Source: Tubiluchus corallicola (lineage: Eukaryota > Animalia > Priapulida). Taken from it: 64,000 nucleotides of DNA. The notes beneath the pieces were generated by a model. The model saw only the letters and a program-made list of their open reading frames with translations. It searched no databases and was not told the DNA's origin. Below, piece after piece: positions 12,674-31,709 of the stretch. The stretch lies in NCBI GenBank assembly GCA_030141605.1, contig JAQGDQ010000097.1, positions 248,001 to 312,000 of the forward strand, given 5' to 3'. The translations under genes were made by a program, and so were the position numbers. Numbering within the stretch: position 1 is the stretch's first letter; each line of letters opens with the position of its first letter.

Positions 12674-13439
12674 AATTCGTTTTCCCTATCACAAATCAGA
12701 ATTTAGCTTTTTTTCTTTCGGGAATTTTGTAACGTGTTTCTTCTCCCGTTTCAGAAATTATAACTTTCTGATGCACAAGTTGTCTAGCAATTGCTGTGTA
12801 TTGTTGTAGCAAAAACGTGAGCTCTTCAACTTGTAAAACTAGCACAATTTATTATAAGATTAGATCAGACAGTCTCAAAACATGATTTCAGATCCTCACC
12901 GCAACAAACTATATACACTATTTACAAAACATTTGCAACAAGAATGTCTATTCCAACACTGTCTGGCAACAGATTTATCACAAGATTACATTAAATATAA
13001 CTAGTAAATCGACAGCTAAAAATTTTAATCCACGATTATTTATATTGGAGATAGAAACTACTAGAAACGTTTAATGCGAAACATGAAGTCATGTACATAT
13101 TTAACTATTTTTCAATTAACAACATAATTAAAGTCATCTTTTCAAAACAATAACAACTTCAACAGATCATTTCTTCCTAGTGCAGCTGTATTAAGATTTT
13201 TAGGCAGCAGTATTTCATTTAATTTATCAAACATAGAACCCTAGCATGTTGATACAGTGGACAGTACAACAAAAAGTGTTCAGCAGACTCAAATGAAATA
13301 GACAGTTACATTCGGAAATACAAGATGACCGTGATTATCTTTATAGCTTTCAAAGAAAATGTCATAGTTTAGCTGAGAAAATCCGACTCTCGTGCGCGTA
13401 TGATGCACAGAAATTGGGAGCTTACCAAATGAAAAACGC

Positions 13440-13560
13440 TTTTTGCGTAATGAGCTTTGAGCTTATTTTGAAGTGTGAAATGGGTGTAATTTCACGAATG
13501 TTCTGTGGTAAGTTGTTCCACACATTAATTGCGATATAAAAAGGATTATTTACAGCTTAC
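13440..13560 (-). mobile_element. L2/CR1-group LINE ORF2 C-terminal remnant
   Basis: The minus strand translates FYIAINVWNNLPQNIREITPISHFK, then (frameshift) KLKAHYA. This is the typical WNxLP...FKxxLK ORF2 end. Confidence 0.6.
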
Positions 13561-14521
13561 AGAGCTGTAATTAAAATTTCTGTATTTAGTAACACTGCGA
13601 ACAATAAGGTGTAGCTTCATTTAACATGAGAGGGCGGATTGCAATTAAATAGTGTGACGCTAAATCGTTGACTATTTTGAAAAAAAGGCATATGCGATGA
13701 TAATGGAAGCGCGTTCTTAATTGAGTGAAATTGCTGTCTGGCAAAATCCTTCCGGGGGGGGGGTCGAAACAGCGCCAGAACAAATTCCAATGGCAGGTAG
13801 CCGAATTATTTCTAATAAACGTATGCTATTTTCACTACATCCCGGCCATAATACGTTGCTCTGTTCAATAGCAGGCAGAATAGTCGTAGAGAATAATTCG
13901 CGCGATGCTCTGAGCATATTAACTGAGGTACGTCGAAAGTTATTTAGCAAGTGAGTGAGTGTCTACAATTTTTGAGAACTGATAGTCCTAATTTCGGCAC
14001 ACTTTTGTCCACAATGAGCTAGTTAATACTACTGCTGACTATTATAGCTTACCAAAACAGCACCAACAACAGCAATATATATATATATTTAAACTCTCCT
14101 TATCATGTACCCAGCACAAAATCTTCAAATCGTTAAAACACACAACGGTGTAATGTCAGCACGTGTAAAGCTGCGTTTTCCTAGTGATTAAAGTTAAAAA
14201 ATATCGATATTCCTGATAGTTTTTTACTTACATGTAAACCATATGCAATTTGTATTCACCTTGCTTCTTATTCCAAGGAACAGCAGCACTTTTTAAAACT
14301 TTTTTTAAAGCGTCAGGCATCGTTATTTGTACCTAGTGTTGCGACGAGAAATCAAGTAGGTCGGTTTGAGAAAACGCAGACAAACGACGATCGTGGTTAT
14401 ACCTAAACCCCGATTAAGCCCCGATTAGACCATCGGGTACCCCCGTCGTGACTCAATGACACTCAACAAGTTGTCATTTGTGCACATGTGCATGACTCGC
14501 ATCACCGATTAGTGTCGAGCT

Positions 14522-14797
14522 TTTAGACTATCTTGCTTTTCCGATGAAAATATTTAGGTTATCCTGCTTTTCTAATGGAAACATTTAGACTATCGTACTT
14601 TCCGATGGAAACACTTACATTATCCTGCTTTTCAGATGGAAACACTTAGACTATCCTGCTTTTCAGATGGAAATATTTAGACTATCGTACTTTTCCGATA
14701 GAAACATTTAGACTCTTATGCTTTTCTGATGAAAACATTTTGACTATCATGCTTTTCCGATTGAAACATTTAGACTGTCATGCTTTTCCGATGGAAA
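14522..14797. repeat. Minisatellite, ~31-bp unit x ~9 (tttagactatcctgcttttccgatggaaaca)
   Basis: Head-to-tail diverged copies with no unique spacers. Confidence 0.92.
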
Positions 14798-16266
14798 GGA
14801 ACCTCCTACAACAAAAGTTGAAGTTGTGCTCAAAAAGTACTTCTGATTGTGGTATCACTCACCAGGAAGTACGTCACCCGAAAACTATTGTCACTATTCT
14901 TGTCATTAAGAACTAACGTATGTTATTCAAGATCACCCCAAAATTATGAAGCTGAATTTCATCGGTATCGCGCAAAGTTGTTATTCACTATCGGGAAAGC
15001 ATGCACGACGAACCGTTGTGGGCGCCTGATGGACATTATGTAGTCCTTTTGCATTCCCCTCCCTTTAGCAACGTACGGACTATAGGCAAAACCGACCAGA
15101 CTAATTACCTTTCCAATTAACTAATCAAACTAACGACTACAAACATTTCAAAAAAGAGGGGTTACCCTTGTTGTAATTGTTTTTTTTATTGTTGCTGTTA
15201 TTGTTTTTGTGATTGTTACTGGACATCAGTGGTGGACGACGAGCTCATCATTGTTGTTATTGTCTTCGTTATCGACATCCGGTTACTGCCACTGATGACT
15301 GATGGTGTTGTTTGTAGTAGCTGTTGCTGATAATGACCACAATGTCAATGCTAATTCTAGTGATGACGTTGATGATGATGTTGATGATAATGATGATGAT
15401 GACGACGACGATGATGATCACAGTAGGAGAAAACCACTAAAAAGAAACAAAGAATTTAAAACAAGATGTATTAGGCAAAAACACGGCAGCCCGATTTTCG
15501 GAGTTTTACGGGGCTTCGTTAGTAAAAAGTTTAAACCGCACGTAAGCATTTCCACTAGACAGGATTAACATTTACACATTTAAAGTAATTATCACAGTTA
15601 ATGGGATCACAGTAATAAACTTAAGCTAATGTAATTTTGTTGTTATTTGTATTTGCTAATGGACACTAATACACGCTAATAATTAGAAAAGGTAAAAACT
15701 AATTTCATTATTTTGTAGCAAAATTAGAACATCTGACACGTATACAAAAAAGTGCGTTAAGTAATTTTGTTGATAGATTAATGAGGTTGTTGCTGTTAGT
15801 AAAGTTTTCTATTAGTTCTGCTTTAATTTAGAATTATACTAAGCAGCAATATTTACGATGTTATGCGTTATGCCGTAGCCTTGCAATTAGCTAATTCTTT
15901 GCTTGAGAAAATGCCAGCTGAATGCTAACACTTTGCTTTTATATTGTTTTGGAAGCGTTTTTGCTTAAGTTCACAATTAACTCTAGCTGTTAGCAGAAAA
16001 GTGAGTTAGCAGGAGTGAATCTGCGAACTCGTAACTTCAGGCGATTACATGTAGAAAACTGTAAGAAATTGGGCAATCAAAACTTGGGTGCCTGTGTAAG
16101 TATGTATTTGTGATTCTATAAAGAAATTATCATCATCAGTAGGTACAAGACGGGATAATATAAAATATTGGTGATATATATATATATATATATATAAATA
16201 TGGGCGATCCAAGGTAAAAGGTCAACAAAAACTTGTAAATACATGACAAAATTCTCGTTTCCCCAA

Positions 16267-16732
<466 letters not shown>

Positions 16733-18423
16733 AGTAGTTTGGCAACCAGCCAGGCGCTACGGCAGATCTGCAGCTCGCACTAAGATCCGCCTCCCCACCA
16801 TAAGAATGGCTGAATCTATGAACGATCTTCTTCACCTGGTTAACACTTATCATAAACGTTAAACAAAAGGAAAGTACGGAATAAACATTTTTCAAAAATT
16901 TGTCCAGAACGCATCGATATTATTCCTATAAGAATTTAGGATTCAAAACACTGCGTAGAGAGCTTTCTGTAAACCTAGGTTAAGAAATTTATTATACAAG
17001 TAACACTTCAGTAGCAAAAAATCTAAATCCCAACCACTAAAGTATATTCCAAAATTCCATAAAATAGTATATATACCCGATCTAGAAGATCGATGTAAGC
17101 TTGTAACCAACGCTTTTGGATTTTAAAAAGTAATTAACGCATCAAACGATAATTCAGAATTGGCAGTTAAGAATCAAAAATAATCCGAAATACTGTGCAG
17201 CTTGATCTTGATAAACAGTAAACTTCTCGCGCCATACGTGGAAAATCGTTTATTGGGTTTCTATAAGTAACTTTTGTGGAGTAGTGTGCGCCGCGAATCG
17301 AAGTCCAGCAATCACTGGCAGAGCGTACTCAATGCGGCACAAAATCTTAGTCCATTATCAAGGAAAAACCTCTAAAATGAGTCAATAAACCAACAGAGAT
17401 GTCTCAAGACGAAATACTCCCTCACTTAACTAGATGAACAGTCAAATTTAATGTGATTAATAATGCCATTTAAACCAAGTAGTGACCACCCTTGCATTGA
17501 ACGACCGGTCTTCGTGTTGCTTAACTTCGATCGGTAGTAATGCTGTTGCTTAACTTTATGCAATATCCACTCGGATGTTTTCAAGGAAAGTGTATAAAAG
17601 TCTAAAGTCTTGAGTCGGTATGTAATATTCTTGTATGCAGTTTACAATGAAAAAAGAACGAAAAAAAGAAAATTAACTTTGTGGAAGGGTAATTTTAAGA
17701 ACAATCTGTATAAAAACTATACTGCTGATGCCGAGCAGTATCCAGGATGATGTACTTTTGGTATTGCTTAACTTCGGTTGCATGATTCTGACTCTTAGCC
17801 TGCAGTCTGATAGCCGTTCCATATTATTTTTAATTCAAGAAAAAGTTCACAATAAAATTCTCTACAAAAGTTATACATGGAAGATGTAACAATGAGAAAA
17901 TAAGCCCAAACCCTTGAAGACTCACGTCCTCGTCAACGTCGCTCGTAGAAACAAACATTTCTATGAAAGGGAATTTTCAAGACGGAAGTCAGCAATTCAC
18001 AATTTTATACCTTAACGTCACAAAATATTGAGGAGGAATTTTTAATTTGCAAACCATAGAGGAAATTACGGCGTCCCTGTTGTGACAAGTAAAATGAAAT
18101 AGAATTGTGCTGCAACACTATTGTGATATTTTGCAATATTGTGATGCTATAAATCACAGACAGTAAGTGTCTAAACGGTATTTTTCATTTAAATGAAATT
18201 GTTTAACTTTCATTTCCAATTAATGCAAACAAACCTAGATTTTGAATAACTAAAAACCCCATTTTGTTATTGAAATTAGTGTTTAGTTTTGCTGCAGAGC
18301 ATAAAGTCACGCATGACTATGTGCAATCAATAAACAGAAAAATTGCAAAAGTGAAGATTTCTTGTATTCCGCAAAGAGCAACAAGATAGACCCACGGTGT
18401 ATTCTGATCTAGTCCAAGTAAAA

Positions 18424-23889
<5,466 letters not shown>

Positions 23890-25232
23890 TTGATGCCATA
23901 ATTGTTTAATAAATTAACAAATATTTGACAAAAGCTAGCGAAAAGCAGAAATGTTTACATAACTGTTCAGTTTTAGATGTCCAGACTAATAGATAGCAGA
24001 TTTTTTGGGTTACTGACTCGTGAAGTAACTCTAAAAAGAGATCTATTTCGCCGTGACACAGATCTTGTTCTTGCTGTTTACGTAATAAGTTTTTAGTCAG
24101 TTTTCATATCGTGACGTCACAATAGAATTACTCCGCATTCTAAATTTTTGCGAAAAAACCTGCAACGGTAAATGGCATTCTAAATGACACGTTCAGGCAG
24201 TTGGACACAAGCGAGTAACCCAATGCTTTGAATTCTGGCCTAATTTCTTGACTCCCGTGTTAACGCACACTGAATTTTAGAACGTACCCGATACAATGCT
24301 AAGCACGAGGTCGGGTCAATTTTAGGTTGCCTCAACCAGACCTCTATATTGGAAAAGAATTTTGCCAGTGCTGCGTACACGCGCTCTATTGTGCTCAATA
24401 CCTACAATTTAGTATTAAAAACAAGAACCCAAAATGAGATCAATAATTACATTAAAGAATATAATATCGCTTTTAAACTTTTATGATGTAGCTTTCAAGA
24501 CCACGTGAACACAAATGGACCATTATTTACGCTTAGATTTTCAGAAAGCGAGCAGGGAAAATATTTTACTGTAAAGGCAGCAAATGAGAAAAAACACGTT
24601 AAGGTTAAAGCAGAAGTTTTTCCGTTTTAAAGAAAATTTCTTAAGTTTTCAAAGCAACTGAATTTTGAGCAAAGGCGCGTAATTGTGAAACATTTCGAAC
24701 TTCTAACCTTGCAAAGTTTTATTGAATGCACAGGGTAGGTAATAATTGAAGTTCTACATATAACACCAGACGGTTTGTTTCAACCGAATAAGAACTGTGA
24801 AAAATAAGAAAGGTCCAGTTTCTTTATAAACTATATTTTTAAGTGTGCTAAGACTTACGGGTGCTAAAATAATAGGACTGAGCAGTGAGGATGCGTCCGT
24901 CGTCTAAAACTTTGCCACGTTAAAATATTCATTTTTTCCATTAACTGAGCAAAATCGAAACGAACTGAGCAAGCAAAGCAAACAAAAAATTCGCTGCAAC
25001 TTATTTAATTAGAATATTTAATGGGATTAACATTTTATCAGATCGAACAACTCTAGGCTTAGAGAAAACTTGTAATGATTTTCCTCTGCCGTGCGCGACA
25101 ATTAAAATTTGCCAAAAGTTTATGAAATTAACAAGCACAACATTTCTTTTATTTAATAAACCTGCGTGTTGAAGACCTATCATTTCTTGATTAGTTTTAT
25201 TCCATTTAGAATGTGATAAGCCTTTTCAGAGT

Positions 25233-25490
25233 TCCAGCGATTGATGATGATCGTGAAAAAGTCAAAGGTTAAGTGAAGGAGACAACGCTTTTATGTATAC
25301 TTAACAATGCCTCGTAGCATGCTGTTGTAATAGTAACCATTTTAGCAGCTAACTAGAACCTTACCTAGTTCATCTTGTTCCTAAGCAAGACAATGTTAGT
25401 AAATCACTCTACGCACAGACTAATGCATAATTAAGAAAACTCCACGTAAAACAAATGAAGTTACTTAACTGATGCGGTAGACGGCTTTGA
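25233..25490. repeat. Dispersed repeat related to 43315-43670 and 56485-56585
   Basis: Shared blocks cagcgattgatgatgatc..gtcaaaggttaagt, acaatgcctcg and tagtaaatcactcta.gcacagactaatgca. Confidence 0.75.
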
Positions 25491-27189
25491 ACTGTTAAAA
25501 TGCTTATTGTAGTAACTTTGTAATTGTATTGCTCTTACATATAGAGAACCATTACGTATTTGTATATGTACACGTAATATACATGTAAAATAAATGTAAA
25601 ATAAACATTTAATGTAATAATATACATATTAAATAAATTTAGGTTTCTAATAACAATAAAATTATTTGTTCCTATGCCATTTTATTATCTTTAACATGTG
25701 TACGTGAGTTGAGCAGCCGAGTGGTATACAGACTCAAATTTAGATAGGTTAAACAGTAACCACGTTACCTACCTCAATACTAGGAATCTTCAAAAGAAGA
25801 TGCTCAATCAGCAGGACGTCTTAGTCCTGCTCAGACGAATACATCTCCTTTGAAGTTCAAGTTCAAGTTTATTTTGAAGCGATATCTATTTACCTAGCAG
25901 ATTTCATGCTGCTTAATCTTCACAGCGAAAGCACATGCTCTCCTCAGTTAACTACGCCTCTCACCCGAAACAGCAATTTACGATGTTAATGTCAGACCGT
26001 TGAACTGAGGAACACAGAAAGTTTTAGAAATTATGAATAACTTCTGTCATAGAAAACCTCGGCCTTTTTATTAAATCTATTTATACATTGCAGCCGTTTG
26101 TAATCAAGACATTACAATTTTTATATAATATTATTTAAAGCAAATAATACTTGAGGCGAGTTTCTTCACCTGATTCATTTGCAGCTCGCTTTTTCTAGCC
26201 TCTTTTGTTCGCTTTATCAGTTTATAAACTTGCCCAATTATCTTTTATTACAGTGAGTCATTGACCATATTCATTACAGCAAGCCAAGTTTTTATTAGCG
26301 CTGAGAAAATCGTAATAATTGGATAAAATGACTAAAAATGCCTGAGACTGAAAGTAGATTCAATGACTGAAATGAAACCATGATATATGACTGATATAAT
26401 ATGACATTATTATCTTTTTGCTTAGATAATTTAAAATCTTGTCACAGTAATAATATTTCCATAAAAATGTGAGTTAATAGAATAAAACGTAAAACAAATC
26501 TACATGTTTAAAAGTACTGAAAATTAAGGCAAAACGGGATCCTATCTTAAATTGTAGGTCAAAACAATCTCTTTAAAATATTGAAAGGAAACACCATTTT
26601 TTTCAAAAATGACTTGCGTGAAAAAATTATTACTACACAAACACAATTTCACGTTCGCGCCACTAGTTACATGCATTTCGCCATTCGGTAGTTAGATAGA
26701 CACTAGCGCCCGCATTTCGGAAACGCATTGCATAAAAAACAGGTACTGTACCTCTCAGTTCAGATGTGTTAGTTTATGACGAACTACACACGCTCGACAG
26801 CTCAAGCATTAACGCAGCGGTAAATTTGAAATGTGAATTTTTATCTTCAAACTTGCCTAGTTTTAGTACAACACACTGAATATCTTACAGTAGCACTGTA
26901 CTTCAATTTTCACTTTCGCAAACATGTGCAACACGCTCGTGGAATATTTTTGTTGTTGAGATTATGTGTCATCAATAGTTGGGCTCGCTCACCCTTATAA
27001 GTTTTTATTCTATTATCTAATTACCAGAAGCGCTTTTGCAGTATTAATCGTGTTAAAATGTATACTTTTTTTATCGAACTTGAAAATGGGGTAGTGTATG
27101 AAAAATCATCCTGTCTTCCTTTAAATGTTTGGCATATTAACATATGGAAGCACCACGAATACTTATAAAATGGAACTTTGGAAGCACTC

Positions 27190-27710
27190 GTTGTCGTCGT
27201 CCATTGAATCATGCGTCCGGGGACATGGTTCTGTTCACCTCTTTATGCCAGGACTCCCTACTCTCAGCAATGGACCAAGTGCTACTATGTCTGAGGATCA
27301 GTGATAAAGTGTTTAAATCTTTCTGTGCAAAATCTAGATATATTAACATTTGTCCTCCTGCTGGTTTTATCTGGTTAACTGGTTCTGCTGCTTGTTGAAG
27401 AGCTGTCTTCACTCGACTATCTTCATGTAATCTAAGCATATGCCCAATCCATCTAAAAAAGCATATTTTTATTTTTCTTGTCCAAAGTTCTTTTATTTTT
27501 TCATATAGACTTTTATTTGAGATTTTTTTGGCCGTCTGATACCCAAAATGTTTCTGTAATTTCGCCTAATGTAAGCACTGATGTGCTTGGTTCCGGCACC
27601 CGTCGTGGGATCCGTCAAATTATTATAATATATGTTCAGTACTTCTGGTATAACTTCTGCTTTACGAATGAAATTCCCACCATAATTTGGCGTAATTCGT
27701 TTCAATCACA
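27190..27710 (-). mobile_element. 5'-truncated RTE-like non-LTR retrotransposon remnant (ORF2 C-terminus and 3' end)
   Basis: The minus strand gives RRNYRNILGIR.PKK..., RWIGHMLRLHEDSRVKTAL...KPAG...DL...WSIAESRESW, matching the RTE-type ORF2 tail. It is frameshifted and has a short (ACG/ACA) tail. A second copy lies at 37765-38050. Confidence 0.7.
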
Positions 27711-28224
27711 TTAAAATGAAAGAAACTGCAACAATAGAACAATGTATAGGGCATTTAACAAATATATTTGAGACCCGTAATTAAAAAGTAAAAAGTCTGC
27801 TTCCGTTACGGTCTGTACAATGGTGTCCATCTTCCGTCTCCCCAAAGACGGAAAAATTTCAAGACTCTATGATGAAAACCGTGGCATGTGAAAGCTTTCA
27901 ATGATAAACGTGAAATAATAACAACTTCACAAGTTACACAACCACATAATCAAGAACGAGGGATCCCCTTCCTTGGTGCTGAATTCAATAAATGTGACCT
28001 GCACAAATTGCTAGGGTTAGCGCATTCACATTCTAACATTAAATAACATTATAAGCCTGATTAAATGTTAATGTGCTACAGCTTCATCGCTAAGTTATTA
28101 GTTGCCCAGTGACGGACGCATCTCCGCACAAATAGCATAGAGATCTTTGGAAGTTATGTTTGGTTTGTGAGTGAAGTATAGCTAATAATTGTGATTGTTA
28201 TTGTGCTTATTGCTTCCTTTAATC

Positions 28225-30357
28225 ATGGTACACTGTTTACTATCATCAAGCAACTTAACCAAAATAGCAGTTATATGTGTGACTACTTGCATTTTTACCT
28301 TTGCGCTATTTCAACTGCAGATTGTGAAAAAAGCACAAACGAGGATTAATCGTACGACTCTGGTCATAGCAGGTAAAACGCCATGTCAAAAATTTCAGCA
28401 CTCACAACGAACGGTTCTAGTAGCTAACTTCTGCAGGTTATTAGAATGAGTAATTAAGAATGTAATAATTACGTCTATGCTATTGATGTTAGCATTAAGA
28501 TATAAGGCTTAATTATGATCAGTAACAGAATCAAAAGGCTTAAGTGTCGCTTTTTATCTGATGCTTGACCCCTCTTTCAAAATTTAAAATTAAAATCAGT
28601 TAGTTCTACGGTCAGTTAATCGTAGTAGATGTGACTAATCCAAGGCATCTTCGTAATCAACAAAAAGTCAATTAAGAATAATTTCACTTGTTTTCAATTG
28701 GATGGCTTCTATTTAATTAGGCTGCTCCTTTGTAAAAACCCTTCGTAAACTCTTTTGTTTGAGGATGCAAAACTGGTACACAGATTTCAAGAACGGTCTT
28801 ATAACGTTAAAGTTTGAACGTTAACAATAAACTTGAAGGTTGTCCATATGCTCAGCACCACGCCTACACAATGTTTTAAGCATTGAATGATTTTTGAGAA
28901 ATTTAATTTGTCATGCAATGACCACGCATGTTCAACTTGGGGGTACGTCATTTTGTGCATATACGCCTAAGATCTTTTCATGTTAAATTCAGGTAACGTA
29001 GCGTCATTTATTTCTAGCGATTCGGTGTTCTTTTTCATTTGTAATGAAAATTTGATACTTTACATTTTTAGATTAATTTTGATGTTAGCACTTTCTGCAA
29101 TTCCTTATAAGGAATCAACAGTATCATACAGTTTGAATTCATAAAGTCTTTAGAAAATTTCATAATGAAGAGGATGTTTACATATTTATGACGATAATTA
29201 ATATTCTTTTCAATTATTATTGAATTTAATTAAATGTTAATATAATTGCTAAAATAATTTCTAGAAATTCTATCTTGACAAAAATGGGAAAAGCCCATGT
29301 TTTTCTTAAAAACATCTTTAAATCCTGAGACTTAATTTGATTAGAATAAAATATGTAGTCTAGATGATCACTTGCAAAACATTATTACTAAACTTTAATG
29401 ATTTTAGCTTATCACAGAAGTGGTTCAAGCCTCTTGGGTGAAATATTTAACAACCACCCGGACGTCATGTACGTCTTCGAGCCGTTGTTGATGGTCCCAG
29501 GTTTTCAAAAAGAGGCAGTTACGCCATGGAGGGTGAGACGCAGCTTTCAAAATAGCAGCATTATAGCACAAAGCATGGGGATAATTAAAAATTTGTCACA
29601 GTGCAACTATTCAGATGTGGCACGGATGAATAGAACGCCCAGAAGGGTGTCGAACTGGCAAAGACTTCTTGGTCGCAGTAAAGCAATTGCGTCTGAAGCA
29701 GGTTGTGATGATGATGTTGACATGGTAAGAGTACAAAATTGCGGTTCATCAGTCACTAAGCTTAAACAAGAGTCTTTTGAAAAATTGTGCAAAAATCGCA
29801 AAGTAACAGTGATCAAAACTGTTCGTTTACATGTATTTGATTTGCTTTCTCTATTCAACGAACCAATAGAAACCAAGATCATCTACCTGGTACGAGACCC
29901 AAGAGGAATTTTTGCATCGAGGAAAAAGCAAAAACAGTTTAGTAAAGATTTCGTTGGACAAATCAAAAATTTATGCACTGATATGACGAGAAACTATAAT
30001 AGTGCAAAAAATGCACAAATTCCAGAAGCAAATATCATGCTGTTAAAGTACGAAAATCTAGTAAAACATTTCAAAGAGTTCACTGTAAAAATATTGAATT
30101 TTGCCAATCTTCCTGTTAGAGAAAATGTTACAAAATTTATAGACAAAATAGCCCAAGGGAGCGGTTACACTTTCGATGGTGCAACAAAGACCGTGTCTAC
30201 TGTTCCGCGCTGGGAGTTTTCTACGTTGAGAAACGATCCTAGCTCTCACGTTGATGACTGGAAAAGAACATTAAATAGAAACGAAATAAAATTGATCGAA
30301 ACAGAATGTGCAGATTATCTACACGCACTTCATTATAGTAATTTCATAAAGGTTTAA
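28225..30357 (+). CDS. Carbohydrate 6-O-sulfotransferase-like protein (CHST1/3/4/5/6-type Golgi type II membrane protein), 365 aa; join(28225..28372,29408..30357)
   Basis: 5'-PSB motif YHRSGSSLLGEIFNNHPDVMYVFEPL, VIKTVR, 3'-PB motif IYLVRDPRGIFASR, and LKYENLV. The upstream exon encodes a TM anchor (IAVICVTTCIFTFALFQL) and ends GCA G|gtaaaa. It joins ttttag|CT TAT in phase 1 to give TLVIAAYHRSGSS. The catalytic exon is certain; exon 1 is inferred. Confidence 0.88.
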
Positions 30358-31188
30358 TGAAACGACTGCATCCGTAACTAAGAGTGAAGCTCTCCATTGC
30401 TTTTATCATCTCAACTTTTTTCAGTTGATCATTGAACGTTGCCGTTTTTTGTGTTCTGTAATGCTCTTAATGCAGGATTTTTACTGTGGTAAAAAGTTAA
30501 TAAATGAGTGGCAACGGCCTCTGATAAAACGTGGGGGGGGGCAGTTAGGAAAAGAAGAAGAATAACTTTTGTCAATAAACCACCATACCGTACTATGTGT
30601 GTGAATTCAGTTGAAATTTGGGAAAAGACAAAAATTGTTCCTATTAAACCTACTTGATCTGACCGCTTTGAACTTGACAAAATCATACTGAAGCAAAATT
30701 ACAAAAAAATTTGCACAGAAAAAAATTTGGATCACATCAAATCACCAAGTAATATAGATGTCAAAGACATTAATCATTAGCATCGCCCGCTTCATGTCGG
30801 ATCTAATATTTTATTTCTGTTATCATCCTGTGAAACAAACATTATTCGGAATCTATTGCTTACTGTTGCTTTTCATGGCATCAAATTTTGCTTTTTGAAA
30901 TTTTCGTGATCTAAAAGTATCTTACAATACTGGAATATTAGAAAACTAGAATATTATTTAGCTTTCCATGTAATTTTGTTGCTAAACACTTATGTGTGTC
31001 ACCTTAAACCTATCTTATTTTGACATGACGCATAGAAAGGCCTGTTTTCTCTGAAGACACTCAAACTAAATTACACATAATAAATAATGTATCATGCGTA
31101 GTATTACAATATTTATATCATAATATTTATACATAATTTAGTTTGAAAGTTTTCGGTACATGAGTTTAGACACAAAATATACGAATGC

Positions 31189-31430
31189 GGGGAAAAAGTC
31201 ACAGGCAAAAAAATCATAGAAAAAAGACAGAAAAAAAGACAAAGGAAAAAGTTTTAGGAAAAAGTCGCAAGAAAAAAAGAAGTAACCTAACTCTAAAAAC
31301 ATTTTCTGTTCTATTACTTTAATTGTTTACGGTACATAAATAAACTGGGACTGACTTGAATGTTTTTGTTTGATTGTCTCACTTTCTTTTCTAGCCAAAT
31401 TTTGACTTTTCTCTGTGACTTTTTTCCTGT
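31189..31430. repeat. Small element with ggaaaaagtcacag subrepeats, an inverted copy and an aacctaac motif (HINE/MITE-like)
   Basis: ggaaaaagtcacag at 31191-31204 vs ctgtgacttttttcc at 31413-31427, with degenerate subrepeats at both ends. Confidence 0.5.
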
Positions 31431-31615
31431 GCTTTTACAGGTCACCAATTCGTACAGATTGTATTTGTCAGATTCAGTCTCCCTATTGGGTATAATGTGT
31501 AATTGTAGAAAAAGACTACGTTTTTTTGTATTTGCGCATATAGACGTAGTCAAAAAAATTTGTATCTTAATTTTGCTTTGATATAACGGTGGGCCTATGT
31601 GTTTAATGTGTTTAT

Positions 31616-31616
<1 letters not shown>

Positions 31617-31707
<91 letters not shown>
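31617..31707. repeat. (TAA)n microsatellite
   Basis: Direct reading. Confidence 0.97.

Positions 31708-31709
<2 letters not shown>

Noticed and set aside
13736-13780. gggtcgaaac next to a G-run as another hammerhead
   Set aside because: There is no CUGANGA-like box or proper stem II upstream, only a short tctggc/gccaga inverted pair.
14522-14797. 31-bp repeats as a CRISPR array
   Set aside because: The units are head-to-tail with no unique spacers, there are no cas genes, and the context is eukaryotic.
29607-30249. Antisense ORFs over the sulfotransferase (and similar ones over GPCR exons)
   Set aside because: These are shadow frames of real coding exons with no motifs of their own.
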